Shown: positions 1 through 13,470, counted from the stretch's first letter. The stretch is 64,000 nt of DNA from Octopus vulgaris (GCA_951406725.2 OX597821.1:58156001-58220000), one strand, 5' to 3'. Made by a program: numbers and translations. Notes: a model not told the origin generated them from the sequence alone.

Positions 1-169
1 GCCTAGGGCGCGGTTTCTGATGCAGCTCTCGCCCCTTCCTTAGCTGCTACGCTTAAGGTGTTCGCAAATCAAAGAAACTACTCAAGGATTTAATTAATTA
101 CTGTTCCACACTGACGTATCGTTGGATATCGAAGGATGATGCCTGCTCAAAATACTTCTATAGTATATT

Positions 170-500
170 TTAGTTCTGGAACACTTTAGAAGACAGTTCG
201 AAGAAATTTATTAGTGATATACCATGAACTGCGGCATGCAAGTCAATTTATAACTCAAAATTATTTTACTATGTTAAAAACAGGTATAAGTTGATGCCTG
301 CTTTTAACACAGCGTGTTCTATAGTCTTTCTCAGTTTTGGAACTCTTTCAGCACAAAGATATTTTCAGGAGACAATTCGAAGAAAATTATAAGTGATAAA
401 TCATGAACTGTGGCGTGCAAGTTGGTCTTATGATTTATTACTCAAAATTATTTTATTGTGTTAAAAACAGACATATGTCGATACCTGCTTTTAACACAGA
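170..500. repeat. Diverged ~180-bp tandem duplication, each unit ending in a hairpin
   Basis: 'gacagttcgaagaaattta...catgaactgcggcatgcaagt...ctcaaaattatttta...tgttaaaaacag...cctgcttttaacacag' occurs at ~190-312 and again at ~370-500. Confidence 0.75.
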
Positions 501-874
501 TTCCAGGATAAATATTGCAATAACTGACCCATAGACAGAGTGTATGCATTAATTATGATACATAGATGGCAATTTGAATCAATCATGATTTTGCTATCAA
601 TAAACTATAACAGTGCACCGCAACATTTTTCAATTGCAGTACGCATATTTTTTTCAAAATTCGGCAGCTCACCTGAACTAAAAATATAACTAAAATTATA
701 GGGAAGAAAATTATATTCAGGTGACACTGCGACACATCTAGCATCATACAGGTTGCGGAGCACTAAACTATAACTTTGAAGTATAGTATAATTAATTAAT
801 CGCTGGTATTTCGATCTGCAGACACACTCGTTACTTATTTTTCTATCTTCGAATTGCATTGTCTACATTGACGT

Positions 875-1565
875 ATTCTTTTCTAATCTAGGCACAAGGC
901 CCGAAATTTTAGGGGGAAGGGGTCAATCAATTAGATCGACCCCAGTACGCACCTAGTACTTAATTTATCAACTCCGAAAGGATGAAAAGTTAAATATTCT
1001 TTTCTACTCTAGACACATGGCCTGAAATTTTGAGAGAGGAGGCTAGTCGATTATATCGACTCCAGTACGCAACTGGTACTTAATTTATCGACCCCAAAAG
1101 GATGAAACACAAAGTCGATCTCGGCGAAATTTGAACTCAGAACGTAACGGCAGACAAAATACCTATTTCTTTACTACCCACAAGGGGATAAACACAGAGA
1201 GGACAAACAAGGACAGACAAACGGATTAAGTCGATTGTATCGACCCCAGGGCGTAACTGGTACTTAATCTATCGAACCCGAAAGGATGAAAGGCAAAGTC
1301 GACCTCCGCGGAATTTGAACTCAGAACGTAACGGCAGAAAAAACACCTATTTCTTTACTACCCACAAGGGGCTAAACACATGGAGGACAAACGGATTAAG
1401 TCGATTATATCGCCCCCAGTGCGTAACTGATACTTATTTAATCGACACCGAAAGGATGAAAGGCAAAGTCAACCTCGGCGGAATTTGAACTCAGAACGTA
1501 ACGGCAGACGAAATACGGCTACGCATTTCGCCCGACGTGCAAACGCTTCTGCCAGCTCGCCGTCT
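875..1565 (-). mobile_element. Tandem multimer (~4 units) of tRNA-derived SINE family A (Nin/Deu-like central domain)
   Basis: Repeated 'atcgaccccgaaaggatgaaaggcaaagtcgacctcggcggaatttgaactcagaacg'. The minus strand reads GGCGAGCTGGCAGAA (A-box-like) ... GAGTTCAAATTCC (B box). Confidence 0.85.
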
Positions 1566-1619
1566 TTACATAGACATATTCGCATACAAACCGTCGAAAC
1601 TTTCAGCGCTTTTCGTTAT

Positions 1620-1830
1620 CTTTCATCTTTTACTTGATTTAGTCATTAGACTGCGACCATGCTGGGGCACTGTCTTGATGAACTTTTGGTCGAATGCATC
1701 GACGACAGTACTTTTTTTAAGCCTGGTAACATCTCTATCGGTCTTTATACCGAACCGTCAAGTCACGGAAACGTTAATACAACAAGCAGGGACAAACAGA
1801 TACAAAAACATACGCGCACACACATATATA
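1620..1830 (-). mobile_element. SINE family B, 3' half
   Basis: 'ttttacttgatttagtcattagactgcgaccatgctggggcactg...' matches the 3' half of other family B copies. Confidence 0.7.
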
Positions 1831-2309
1831 TATATGATCACTATAAGCAGTCAGTTACCCTACCCTAGTCGTTACCACTCCCAATGTAGGATTCCTCACC
1901 ATCCAGGTGACAGACACAGCCGTAAGATGCATTACGAATCTATAGCAATTGGAAGGGCGTGACCCAACTGAAATAACATTAACAACTGTGTGATGTGAGG
2001 GCTAAGGAGAAATTAAAGTGTCACCTCTGGAGTTTGCAAATGACCACTATACTGATACGTAACTGGACAGAAGAAATTTACAATCTATAAATGTCTTTGA
2101 ATAACCAGTCACTCATTTGGGAAGGCCTTGAAATCAATGTTACCATCTGGGGACTATGTGTGACCCAGTGATAATAAAAAGACTGAAAGGAGGTCTGCAA
2201 TCAAATAACTTTACTCAACACTTTGCAACTGAATCAGTTGCAAAGACCCCTTCATGGGGACTTAACACCCACAATTTTGTCATTTTATCTAAGCAAAGAC
2301 GAATAGTTG

Positions 2310-2420
2310 TACTATGGACTGGCGTTCCGTCCAGCTGGGGGGGGGGACACATACGCCATAGAAACCGGGAAACCGGGCCCATGAGCCTGGCTAGGCTTGA
2401 AAAGGACGCATAAATAAGTA
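2310..2420 (+). mobile_element. 3' part of SINE family C (same tail as 46790-47220)
   Basis: 'gactggcgttccgtccagctgggg...aaaccgggcccatgagcctggctaggcttgaaaaggacgca' is the reverse complement of 46790-46880. Confidence 0.7.
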
Positions 2421-3316
2421 ATAACTGTATTAATGTTAACTAATAAATTTTACTTATGATTTGTCAGATTAAAAAAAAATTATGTGGAAGAATTGACTGA
2501 ACATGCGGTTGATTTGAAGCCATTTAATGACCATTCTATTGCAATGTTTTTTTTTTGCAATGGGATTTCAAATGAAAGGGAAAAAAATCTTGTGCAATAT
2601 TATTTACGACTTCATATTTTATTGTTTTGTATGTGATACAACTAAAAAAAATGACTATTTTAATTGTATATTTGAAAAGACATGATTTAAAAACTTTTTG
2701 TTTAAATTTATTTTTTATTGTTTTTGTAACATGTTTTGAAAGATTTACTTGTTTTTACATTCACATAATAAATAAAATAAATCATCTCAAATTTATCTAA
2801 TATAATGTATTTTAATTTATTCTCGGCTGCAATATTTTAAGTAAAGTAGAATTTAAATTATAAGTACTTTTCAGTGTCCTTTAGAGGTGACAAATTAGGC
2901 AAATTCTACTGTATAAATGAATCTTGTTCTGTACTTTTCCAGGTGTAATAACTTAAGAATATCAACATGCATGCACCCGAATTTTTCATTGTAATCCACT
3001 TTTTTCCAGGCAATGCAATAAAACTAATAAATATTCTTTTGTTTAAAATATTTGAATTAAATGAAACCTGCCTGTATATTTATTTCCTTTAAAATTAATA
3101 ATTTTTTAGGATAATCTGAAATGTAATTATAATTGTAAAAAGTATTAGATTTTCACTGTATATAAAATTTTTATATTGAAACAAAGTGCATAATATGTAT
3201 AGTAATGCCATTAATATAAATAAATATATTTAAAGGGAATAATTAATAACTTTCCCTTATGAGGATTTTCACGCTGATTACTTTATAAACTCTTATATAG
3301 ATTTTATCCTATTTTT

Positions 3317-3399
<83 letters not shown>

Positions 3400-3458
3400 A
3401 AAAAATGAAGTTCGAAAATGCTGCTATATTATACAATTTTTAATTTTTATATATACAT

Positions 3459-3506
3459 TATAACATGTTTCAGTTCCTGAAATGAACCTTATCAAAAAAA
3501 GTTATA
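3459..3506 (-). ncRNA. Degenerate minimal hammerhead ribozyme motif near (TA)n
   Basis: Minus strand: TATAAC..TTGATAA-G-GTTC-ATTTCAG-GAAC-T-GAAA-CATG-TTA. Stem II and a palindromic stem III are present, but the core has two substitutions. Confidence 0.4.
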
Positions 3507-3867
3507 TATAAAAAAAGACAGCTCATGCCGTCAAACACAAGAAATTCATTTATAATACACAACGGAGTCAGATATCTTAGAGTTCATGTATAGTTGATAT
3601 ATAGTTTGAAGTAAGTTCATTCATGCTATATGTTCAAAGTGTTCGATGCAGTGGCCCACGGTGGCGATACGTATTCAATACAAAAAACAGATCAAAGTGG
3701 TGGAAAGCAGTCAATACAGAAGATTGATGTTTCCGAAAGAGCGAGGAATTCATTTTTACCTTAAGCAATTGTGATGACCCATGGTGGGTGTTCGCTGGGT
3801 GGTTCTAGTGAGTCTTGTGAATTGCTCGGTTTTATAATGCCTGTTAGGTGGTCAGTCCAGCGTAGCG

Positions 3868-4050
3868 TGACGTCATCAACGTTTTGACCAATCGTTTCGT
3901 TAGGTGGCTTTAGTCAAGCAGAACGGGACGTCATCATCATTTTGACCAATCGCTGTATTATAACTGCCTCTTGTCTGTTTCCTGTTTTGACCAGTCGCTT
4001 CGTTAGTCAAGAAGAACGGGACGTCATTCAGATTCTGCCCAATCACGACT
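3868..4050. promoter_or_regulatory. Three modules of CRE-like GACGTCAT followed ~9-11 nt later by a CCAAT box
   Basis: tgacgtcatcaacgttttgaccaatcg; ggacgtcatcatcattttgaccaatcg; ggacgtcattcagattctgcccaatca. Confidence 0.4.
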
Positions 4051-4108
4051 TATAGCTACATTAGATCTGCCCCCTGTCTGTACTTGTTAGGTGACATATA
4101 TATATTCA

Positions 4109-4287
4109 GACGCCTTGGCCGATAACTGATGAAGAATTTGTGACCTTCTGCATATATATATACGGTCAAGCACGTATAGTAATAAGCAAACAGGCAGAAA
4201 GACATACTAAATGCACTGATTGCACAGACGAACGGAGAACAAACGCAGAAGGTCACAAATTCTTCATTGGTTTTCGGCCAAAGCGTC
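4109..4287. repeat. Inverted repeat with 43-bp arms (Penelope-pLTR-like family; related fragment at 45181-45250)
   Basis: gacgccttggccgataactgatgaagaatttgtgaccttctgc versus gcagaaggtcacaaattcttcattggttttcggccaaagcgtc. Confidence 0.8.
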
Positions 4288-4670
4288 AAGCGCAATTTCA
4301 TGCCATTATCGATAATATTGCACCTACCCTGCTGGCAATCAGCAAGAGAACTTGCTGGGGATGCGACCAAAACATAACAAAACAAGGCGGACAAACAAGA
4401 AGGAACGACATACAAAAAAACAAATAAACAGAATCTATCCTTTGGGCCAGATGTATATATATATGAGAAGTATTAGTATCCAAAAGACCCAGGATGGCAG
4501 GTAAGGCTATGAAAGTGTTACGCGGGTACCATAGTTAGACTCTCGGTTCGATAATAATACGAGTGAGGAATCTAATGCGGGTCTTGTGTGAGCATGTATA
4601 TGTTAAATAAAATGAGACAACAAAGCCAAGACTGTGTGAAGTTTATAGGATATTTATGAAGAGAAAGGAA

Positions 4671-4718
4671 GTCTTACAGCTGTTTCTGGGATATTAGGGA
4701 TATCCCTTCACCAGAGAC
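4671..4718 (-). ncRNA. Minimal type I hammerhead ribozyme motif
   Basis: Exact reverse complement of 5289-5336. Confidence 0.7.
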
Positions 4719-5288
4719 AATAGGGGAGAGTTAACTAGAAGGAAATAGTAGAGATCAGTATAAGGAGTTATTTTGGCAAAGGATGGATATAGGAAGTATA
4801 AAGGGAAATAAGAGAATAAAAATAAAAGTAAAATTATATGCTGGATGTTACAGTTGCAGTTCCATTATCCAAGGAAAGTGCCCTGTAGAATGGGTAGAAA
4901 TGCTTTTTGTCCACGGTATGTAGATTCCGATAGGAGGTCATATTTTGTTATTACAAATGGATAGTGCGGTGACATAAATTCCATGTGCTGTTCACCACAA
5001 GATCCTTTTGAATAAATAACCCATGGTAATTATGTCTCCATACTAACCATTTGTAATAACAAAATATGAACTCCTATCAGAATTTACATACTATGGACAA
5101 GAAGCATTTCTAACCATTCTACACTGCACATTCCTTGGATAATGGAACTGCAACTCTAACATCCTACATATATTTTTATCTTTATTTTTATTCTCTTATT
5201 TCCCTTTATACTTCCTATATCCATCCTTTGCCAAAATAACTCCTTATATTGAATTCTACTATTTCCCTCTAGTTAATTCTCTCATACC

Positions 5289-5336
5289 GTCTCTGGTGAA
5301 GGGATATCCCTAATATCCCAGAAACAGCTGTAAGAC
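5289..5336 (+). ncRNA. Minimal type I hammerhead ribozyme motif (core CUGGUGA variant)
   Basis: GTCT-CTGGTGA-A-GGGATAT-CCCTA-ATATCCC-A-GAAA-CAGCTG-TA-AGAC: stem I GTCT/AGAC, 7-bp stem II, palindromic stem III, GUA cleavage triplet. Confidence 0.7.
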
Positions 5337-5395
5337 TACCTTTCTCTTTATAAATGTCCTAGAAATTCCACACACCCTTGGCTTTGTTGTCTCTC

Positions 5396-5468
<73 letters not shown>

Positions 5469-5634
5469 AGATCTAGGGATTGAGGAGTAGGAACAAAATT
5501 AGCTCCAAGCAATCCGTAGTAAATATACATACATGCATACATACATACATACATACATACATACATGCATGCATGCATACATACATACATACATACATAC
5601 ATACATACATACATACATACATACATACATACAT

Positions 5635-5770
5635 ACGGCAGTTTTCGTTTGCCAAATCAGCTCACAAGGCGTTGGTTGACCAGCGGGTATAGTTGAATAC
5701 ACTTTCCCAAGGTATCCTGCACTGAGACTAGACCTGGAACCATGCGGTTGGGAAGCAACCACACATAGAA
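5635..5770 (-). mobile_element. SINE family B, 5' half, decayed
   Basis: 'cagttttcgtttgccaaatcagctcacaaggc...cccaaggtatcctgcactgagact...ggaaccatgcggttggg'. Confidence 0.65.
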
Positions 5771-5828
5771 AATCTGTAGAGATACACTTCAACATATCAT
5801 CAATATTGAAGTTAAAATTTATAAAATA

Positions 5829-7119
5829 CGAGGGGCGTTCAATAAGTAATGCCCCTGACCCACTTCCCATAGCAGTAGAGCAACGCAAACTTGGCACAGT
5901 TATTAGTCTTTTTCTACATAGGAACCACCCAGAGTTACGCATTTCTCCCATCGTTTGATGCGGCTCTGGAGACCGTTTTTGTAGAAGAACCCAGCTTGGT
6001 CCTCCAACCTCAACGTGACTTCAGAAATCAAGGCTGCATCATCTGGGAAACGCTTTCCTTTCAAAAACAACTTCATGATTGGGAAGAGGTGAAAATCAGA
6101 GGGTGCAAGGTCAGGAAAGTAGGGGGATGGGGAGGAGTTCATAGCCATACGCCTGTGCTTCTGATCTGGCGACAAGCGAGTTGTGGACCGGAGCGTTGTC
6201 CTGCAGGAAGAGGATGCCTTTGCTGATCTTGCCCCGCCTCTTGATTTTGATAGCTTTTCTTAATTTCCTCAAAAGTGAAGCATAATAGGCTCCTGCAATT
6301 GTGGTACCCTTTGCCAGGAAATCTGTCATCACTACTCCGTCCTGGTCCCAGAAGACTGTGAGCATGACCTTGCCAGCGGAGGGCTGCACCCTTGCCTTCT
6401 TTGGAGGGGGTGAGTCACGGTGCTTCCACTGCATTGACTGGGATTTGGTCTCTGGATCATAGTGATGGACCCAGGTTTCATCCTGTGTAATCAGTCTTTT
6501 GAAATATTTTGACTCATCTTCTTGGCACATCTCCAAATTCACCCTCGAGCACTCGACGCGTTCTTGCTTCTGGAAAGACGTGAGCAACCTGGGAATCCAT
6601 CTGGCAGACACCTTTTGCATATGCAAATGGTCATGAATGATAGTTTCCACAGACCCGGTACTAATCTTGACCTCATGGGCTATTTGGCGAATAATTATGC
6701 GTCGATCTTCCAAAATGGCAGCCTCAACTTGACGGACATATGCCTCATCAATGGCAGAAGGGGACGACCAGATCTGGGAGCTGTTTCCACAGAGTTCCGA
6801 CCATGTTTGAATTCACGATGCCAGCGTTTTACAAGGTCATATGATGGGGCATCATCACCATAAGTTACTTTCATTTCATCAAAAGTCTCCCGTGGTGTGC
6901 GTCCTTTCAAATACAAAAACCGGATCACTGCTCGACACTCAACAGGCTCCATTTCACACTTGACTCGGTTCAAACACCTATAAATCAGAAACCACAATTA
7001 GTTCAGAGCTGTAATTTGCCACTTACTCTATAGAGATATAAATGATTGCACATGCAAAATTTCAGCTAGATTAAACAACTGCAAGTGGGTCAGAGGCATT
7101 ACTTATTGAATGTCCCTCG
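5829..7119 (-). mobile_element. Full-length decayed mariner (DD34D) transposon
   Basis: TIRs cgaggggcgttcaataagtaatgcccctgacccactt / aagtgggtcagaggcattacttattgaatgtccctcg; TA target duplication at 5827-5828 and 7120-7121; length ~1.29 kb. Confidence 0.95.
5903..6952 (-). pseudogene. Mariner transposase, split by two frameshifts
   Basis: Three overlapping ORFs: HTH (CRAVIRFLYLKG), WIPRLL, TQDETWVHHYDPETK, FLQDNAPVH, PYFPDLAPSDFHLF. Confidence 0.93.
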
Positions 7120-8094
7120 TATTTTGATGAGTGGAGGTATTAATTATCAATAATTTAGCTTTGTAGTAATATTTATTTTAAAGAGCTATACGGAAGATTG
7201 AGGTAATAATGTCAGTGAGTCTTTATTCTATAAATTACCGTTATTTATCATTAAACTGCCATTACTCTCGTAATTCGATAACTTTCTTTGTAGGTTAGAA
7301 TTACGCAATACCAGCATTAGCTAATGTACAAATATATATGCAAGAATCAGCATGTAGTTAATATGAAAATATTTTATTTTAATTAAATGCTCTGGTTTAT
7401 ATTATTTTCTTTGGTATGCATTAACTATAAATATCAGCATTCTTAAGAATTTGTCACGAGGTGTAGTTAACTACTGTCACGATAGACATAGGATGAGGGA
7501 TATGAGATGCTGGTAGTTGTGTTGGCTTCTGGCTGCGTATAATGAATGCGCAACACTTGTGAACAATTAACAAAATTTTTTTTCACCGCACAAATATTTT
7601 CCGTGTGTTGGTTATGAATTAAAAATGCGACAACACAGTTTACACATTGGAAATAACAATTCTATAGCGCTCACAAATAGTTGATTAAGACGGTTCTGTA
7701 ATTATGCTGTCAGTACAGGAGAATATATACACGTTGGGTTCATGTCGACAAACTGTAGTTGCTTTTTAAGTTGAGTAAAAGCAACAAAATACGAATGTGA
7801 TTGGCTTAGCTAATGATATCTTGATGGTGACTGGGCCATAACTCGGCCGATCACATGAAAACGTTGTTGCAAAGTTGTGATTTCAACTTAGCAGTTTATC
7901 GAGTCGGTTTCGAATTTTGCTACAAATTCCTTTAAATGTTATCGTAAAATTGCACAAACGACACGGTAGCGTTCTGGCCAGTCTTTCTTGTCGGTGTATC
8001 AGCTTTTGGAAATAGAACACGCTTTTAAGTTAATATATACTGATCTTTTGTTTGTATTAACCTTGTGTTACCGGTAATTTGCTTATTTTGATCT

Positions 8095-8300
8095 TTTATC
8101 TTTTACTTGTTTCAGCCGTTGGACTGCGGCCATGATGGAGCACTGCCTTGAAGGTTTTTAGTCGAACAAATCTATCTCAGTACTTATTTTTTTAATCTGG
8201 TACTTACTCTATTGGTCTTTTTGCCGAACCGCTTAATTACGGGGGCGTAAACAAGCCAATAGGCTTTGTCAAGTGGTGGAGGGACAAACACAAACACACA
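8095..8300 (-). mobile_element. SINE family B, 3' half
   Basis: 'ttttacttgtttcagccgttggactgcggccatgatggagcactgcc...ttgccgaaccgcttaattacgggggcgtaaac'. Confidence 0.75.
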
Positions 8301-8829
8301 GGCACAAACACACGCACACACATACACACACACACACACATACACACACAGACCAAAGGCTAATGCACACATACACACGTATACATGAATACACCAAAAA
8401 CAGAGCATATGATAGAAAAGAAAATATAGATGTGAGTGTATGGAAAAGAAAGAGGGAGAAAATATTGTTATCATTAACAACAATTATTAATTTAATGTTT
8501 ATACAAATTTCTACAATTTCTAAAACGGATATTGAAAACCTGTCGTCGGAAATTAATATGTATGCTCTTATCATTTGTTAGCTTCTAATTTTATTATAAT
8601 TCTGTTTGTTTGGACATTGAAAAATCTTCATCTATAAATAGAGTGCCTTGTGGAAATAATTCAGTTTTTAGATTTCTCTCAATGATGGAAATGTTATTAT
8701 TTCTCACTTTAAGTTTTAATTTTGAATCCCACCGAAATTAATTTCTTCTTCCTTTTTGTAGTTCAGTGACCTTACGAAGAAAGCGGACCATACTTGATGC
8801 ATTTATGCCACCGGCTCACAGTAGTGACA

Positions 8830-9277
<448 letters not shown>

Positions 9278-9299
9278 AGCCTATGTCTAATTTTTCTTT

Positions 9300-9529
9300 T
9301 TATATTTTTACTTGTTTTAGTAATTGTACTGCGGCCAAGCTGGAGTAACACCTTAAAGAATTTTAATCGAATGAATCGACTCCAATATTTAATTTTTTTT
9401 TCAAGCCAGGAACTTATCATACCGGTCCCTTTTGCCGAAATGCTAAGTTACGTAAACATACCAACACCGATTATCAAGCGGTGGTGGGGTGACAGACACA
9501 GGCACAGAGACACACACATACATACACAC

Positions 9530-9623
<94 letters not shown>

Positions 9624-9815
9624 ACATATGTATGTATATAAAAATATCTATATATACGACAGGCTTTTTTTCAGTTTTCGTCAACCAAATCTAATCACAA
9701 AGCTTTGGTCAGCACAAGGCTATAGTAGAAGACACTTGCCCAAGGTGCCATGCAATGGGACTGAACCTGGAACCATGTGGTTGGGAAGAAAGCTTCTTAC
9801 CATACAGCCATGCCT
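9300..9815 (-). mobile_element. SINE family B with internal (CA)n
   Basis: Same architecture as 8830-9277. Confidence 0.8.
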
Positions 9816-9911
9816 GGAAGTCGACTTTGCTTTTCATTCTTTCTGGGATCCATGCAATTGATTAGTTCCCTCCCAAAAAATTTCAGGTCTTGTGCCCTAA
9901 GTAGAAAGCAT

Positions 9912-9930
9912 TGTTATTATTATTATTATA

Positions 9931-9986
<56 letters not shown>

Positions 9987-9995
9987 TATTATTAA
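9912..9995. repeat. (TAT)n microsatellite
   Basis: Read directly from sequence. Confidence 0.95.
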
Positions 9996-10200
9996 TATCG
10001 TTATCTTCTTCTTTCAGTTTTGCTTGCCGAGTATCTTCCCAACACCTAGGGCAAAGAAACTCACTGTATACATTGGTAAGCCATCAAAATAAACACACCA
10101 GATTGCTCATTTACAAAGTCATGTGACAGAAAAAACAAAAGGGAGGAAAAGCAAAGGAAAGAAGGAAAGAAAATAAAAAATGAAGAAAAGGAAAGTGAAA

Positions 10201-10215
10201 GAAGAAGAAGAAGAA

Positions 10216-10268
<53 letters not shown>

Positions 10269-10289
10269 CGATGACGATGATGATGATGG

Positions 10290-10342
<53 letters not shown>

Positions 10343-10381
10343 GTGGTGATGATAGTGATAATGATGATGATGATGATGATG
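10201..10381. repeat. (GAA)n/(GAT)n microsatellite
   Basis: Read directly from sequence; source of the poly-D/H/M/S pseudo-ORFs. Confidence 0.95.
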
Positions 10382-10807
10382 GAAGGGAAGGAGGAGGCAT
10401 TGCAAATTTCTATCATTGACGTAATTCCTAATGGTATTCCAATTAGACATTGATATAAATTGGTTTCATAATTAGAGAGAGCGAGATAAAAACGAGGCAA
10501 AATGGGAAGATTGAAATAGATAGTAATATCAATGAGAGAAAATAGATTGAGAAAGACACTAGGTAAGACAGGAAAAAGGGATGAGAGAGAGAATCGATAA
10601 TATTTTTTTTTTACTTTATCGATTTCTGTTGCAGAACCGCAATGTTACATGCTATTAAAAAACATCAGCTTTTAACACAGGTCTTGAACTGGTGTAAAAC
10701 ATTAACATACAGACTCAACGCTGCTTGTTAGTCCGTTTTTTAATAAACGCTGACAGCTTTTTAGCGAATAAATACATCTTTTAATAATATACACACACAC
10801 GCACGCA

Positions 10808-10850
<43 letters not shown>

Positions 10851-11587
10851 CTGCTTGGTAGCAACACTGTGAAGGAAGGCGTCTTGTTTTATTTTCTCAT
10901 CCTTAAAATCTTAAGAAAGTCTTGCAGAGGGTATCCAGAGGGTAGCTGATCCACAATAGAGCATATTTCTTTTCCTGTGACCCCACGCAACAATATGTGG
11001 CTGGTTCTGTATTAACTTGGTGGGTATTTTAATTTTTAAATTCCACCATTTTGTTTTGACCAATCGGTCAGTATGTATGTATGCATGCATGCATGTATGT
11101 ATCTATTTATATATATATAAGATGTATGTATGCATGTATGTGAACATATATGTAAGTATTTATGTATGTATTATATATATGTATATTTATTTATATATGT
11201 ATTTGTGTATATGTATATATGTATGCATATATGTAGTATATATGCATGTATGTAGTATATATGCATGTATGGATGGATACATGCATCCATACATACATGC
11301 ATGTATGTATGCATATATGTATGTATTTATGTATGCATGTATATATGTATGCATATATGTATGTATTTATGTATGTATATATGTATGAGTGTATGTATGT
11401 AAGAGTGTATTATGTATGAATGTATGTGTGTATGTATTTATGTATGTGTGTATGTACGTGTGTATGAATATATGTGTGTTTGTATGCATGTATTTATGTA
11501 TGTATGTATGTGTGTATGTATGTGTGTATATATGTGTCTATGTATGTATGTATGCATGTATGTATGTATTTATGTACGTATGAATGT

Positions 11588-11912
11588 GAAGGTGCATGGC
11601 TTACTGGTTAAGGTATTCGGCTCACGATCGTATAATCGTCAGTTCGATCCCCAGCGGCACGTTGTATCCTTGAGCAAGACAGTTGATTTCACGTTGATGT
11701 AGTCTACTCTACTGGCAAACAAATGACTTATACCTGTAATTTAAAGGGCCAACCTTGTCAGATTCTGTGTCACGCTGAATCTCCTTGAGAATTGCATTAA
11801 GGGTACGCGTGTCTGTGGAATACTCAGCCATTTGCACGTTGATTTCACTAGCATGGTGTTCCGTTGATCGGATCAACTGGAACCCTCGTCGTCGTAAACG
11901 ACGGAGTGCCAA
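11588..11912 (+). mobile_element. tRNA-derived SINE family C (tail type 1)
   Basis: gaaggtgcatggcttactggttaagg...agttcgatccc...tccttgagcaagaca; tail shared with 58730-59075. Confidence 0.8.
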
Positions 11913-12308
11913 GTATATATGTATGTATGTATGCATGTATGTTTGTATGCATGTACTTAGGTACACAGTTTTCTCATATTTAATTCCTTTTCCAAGATAT
12001 TGGTCATCCGCAAGATGTAATGGAAGACATACCCGAAACAATGTGCAATACAAATCAAACATGGTACCACATGGTTTCGAAATGAACTCCTTAACCACCC
12101 GGCTATTTGTCCCTGTAGTTTTGTGTGATGTCTGCATCATATAAAACGGGTATGAGGTCAGTGGTAAATGGGATGCTTAAATTGAAATCTTTAAATATTC
12201 TTTTGGGTCTTTTTTGAAACTATCTACAGTGTGGCCGTAGGAAATTGCATGCATATATAAAGTGTTAAGTAGAGACGGTTATAGGTAGAAAATTGTGTTC
12301 GTGTATAT

Positions 12309-12387
<79 letters not shown>

Positions 12388-13060
12388 GTCGGTAGAATCG
12401 ACTGAATATAAAAGAGAGTCTCACCATTCGTAGATTTACCAAATCGGATATTTTGCAACTCTGAAGAAGTGACTCGATAAAATGTTTCTTATTTGTGAAA
12501 AGATACAGATGGTGGATAGAAAGCGACTTTATAAAACCGTAGTGGTTTTATACATAAAGGAGAGGTTAATAGGAATAATAACAGGTTATATACTTGAGAA
12601 AATTGAATGAAACGATGGCTTGGTAACGGAACAGACTTACGTTGCTGAAGGGGAATAGTGATTTATATTTAATACCCAAAAGGGTGACATGGCAGTGCTA
12701 CAAGAAAATGTAATTACGGATAACTCGTTATTGAAACTAAATCGAAGCAAGAAACTAAATTAACATGTAACTGTAAGAGGAGATGTTGAGTAATAGATTA
12801 AATGAAGTCGATTTAGAAAATGAGTTAAAGTGTAGCAATAGACAGAGGTTAGTGATTAGTTTGTGTGTCTACCAGTTTGCAAAGGTTATAAATATTAACG
12901 AAGAGTGCTATGTTATTAATGGCGTCAAAATTATCTGTCTGACATATAATTTTAAAGTGGTAGACTAAGTTGAAAGGATGGAATATGATTTAACTGAGAG
13001 AAATAAAGTAATTTAAGGAGTTGGTTAATATATATATATATATATTATTATATATATATA

Positions 13061-13128
<68 letters not shown>

Positions 13129-13131
<3 letters not shown>

Positions 13132-13470
13132 GGCGCATGGCTCAGTGGTTAGAGCGTCGAGCTTACGATCGTGAGGTTGTGAGCTCGAATCCCGGACGGG
13201 GCTGCGTGTTGTGTTCTTGAGCAAGGCACTTTATTTCACGTTGCTCCAGTTCACTCAGCTGTAGAAATGAGTTGCGACGTCACAGGTGCCAAGCTGTATC
13301 GGCCCTTGCCTTTCCCTTGGACAACATCGGTGACGTGGAGAGGGGAGGCCGGTATGCATGGGCGACTACTGGTCTTCCATAAAACAACCTTGCCCAGACT
13401 TGTGCCTCAGAGGGTATCTCTCTAGGTGCAAACCCATGGTCAGTGCCTGACCGAAGGGGGTCTTTACCCT
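13129..13470 (+). mobile_element. tRNA-derived SINE family C (tail type 2), inside (TA)n
   Basis: gaaggcgcatggctcagtggttagagcg...tcgaatcccgg...ttcttgagcaaggcactttatttcacgttgctccag. Confidence 0.85.

Larger units (their letters stand above)
4608..5400. mobile_element. ~790-bp fold-back element (inverted Penelope-like pLTRs, arms ~380 bp) with one hammerhead motif per arm, abutting (TA)n
   Basis: 4608-4985 is the diverged reverse complement of 5021-5400. Hammerhead motifs lie at 4671-4718(-) and 5289-5336(+). Confidence 0.85.

Noticed and set aside
4484-4530. Additional hammerhead (accc-AGGA-tggc..gcta-t-GAAA..gggt)
   Set aside because: The core and the cleavage triplet are too degenerate to support a call.
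13129-13205. tRNA gene
   Set aside because: A and B boxes are present, but there is no proper acceptor stem and the sequence continues into a SINE body found in several copies.
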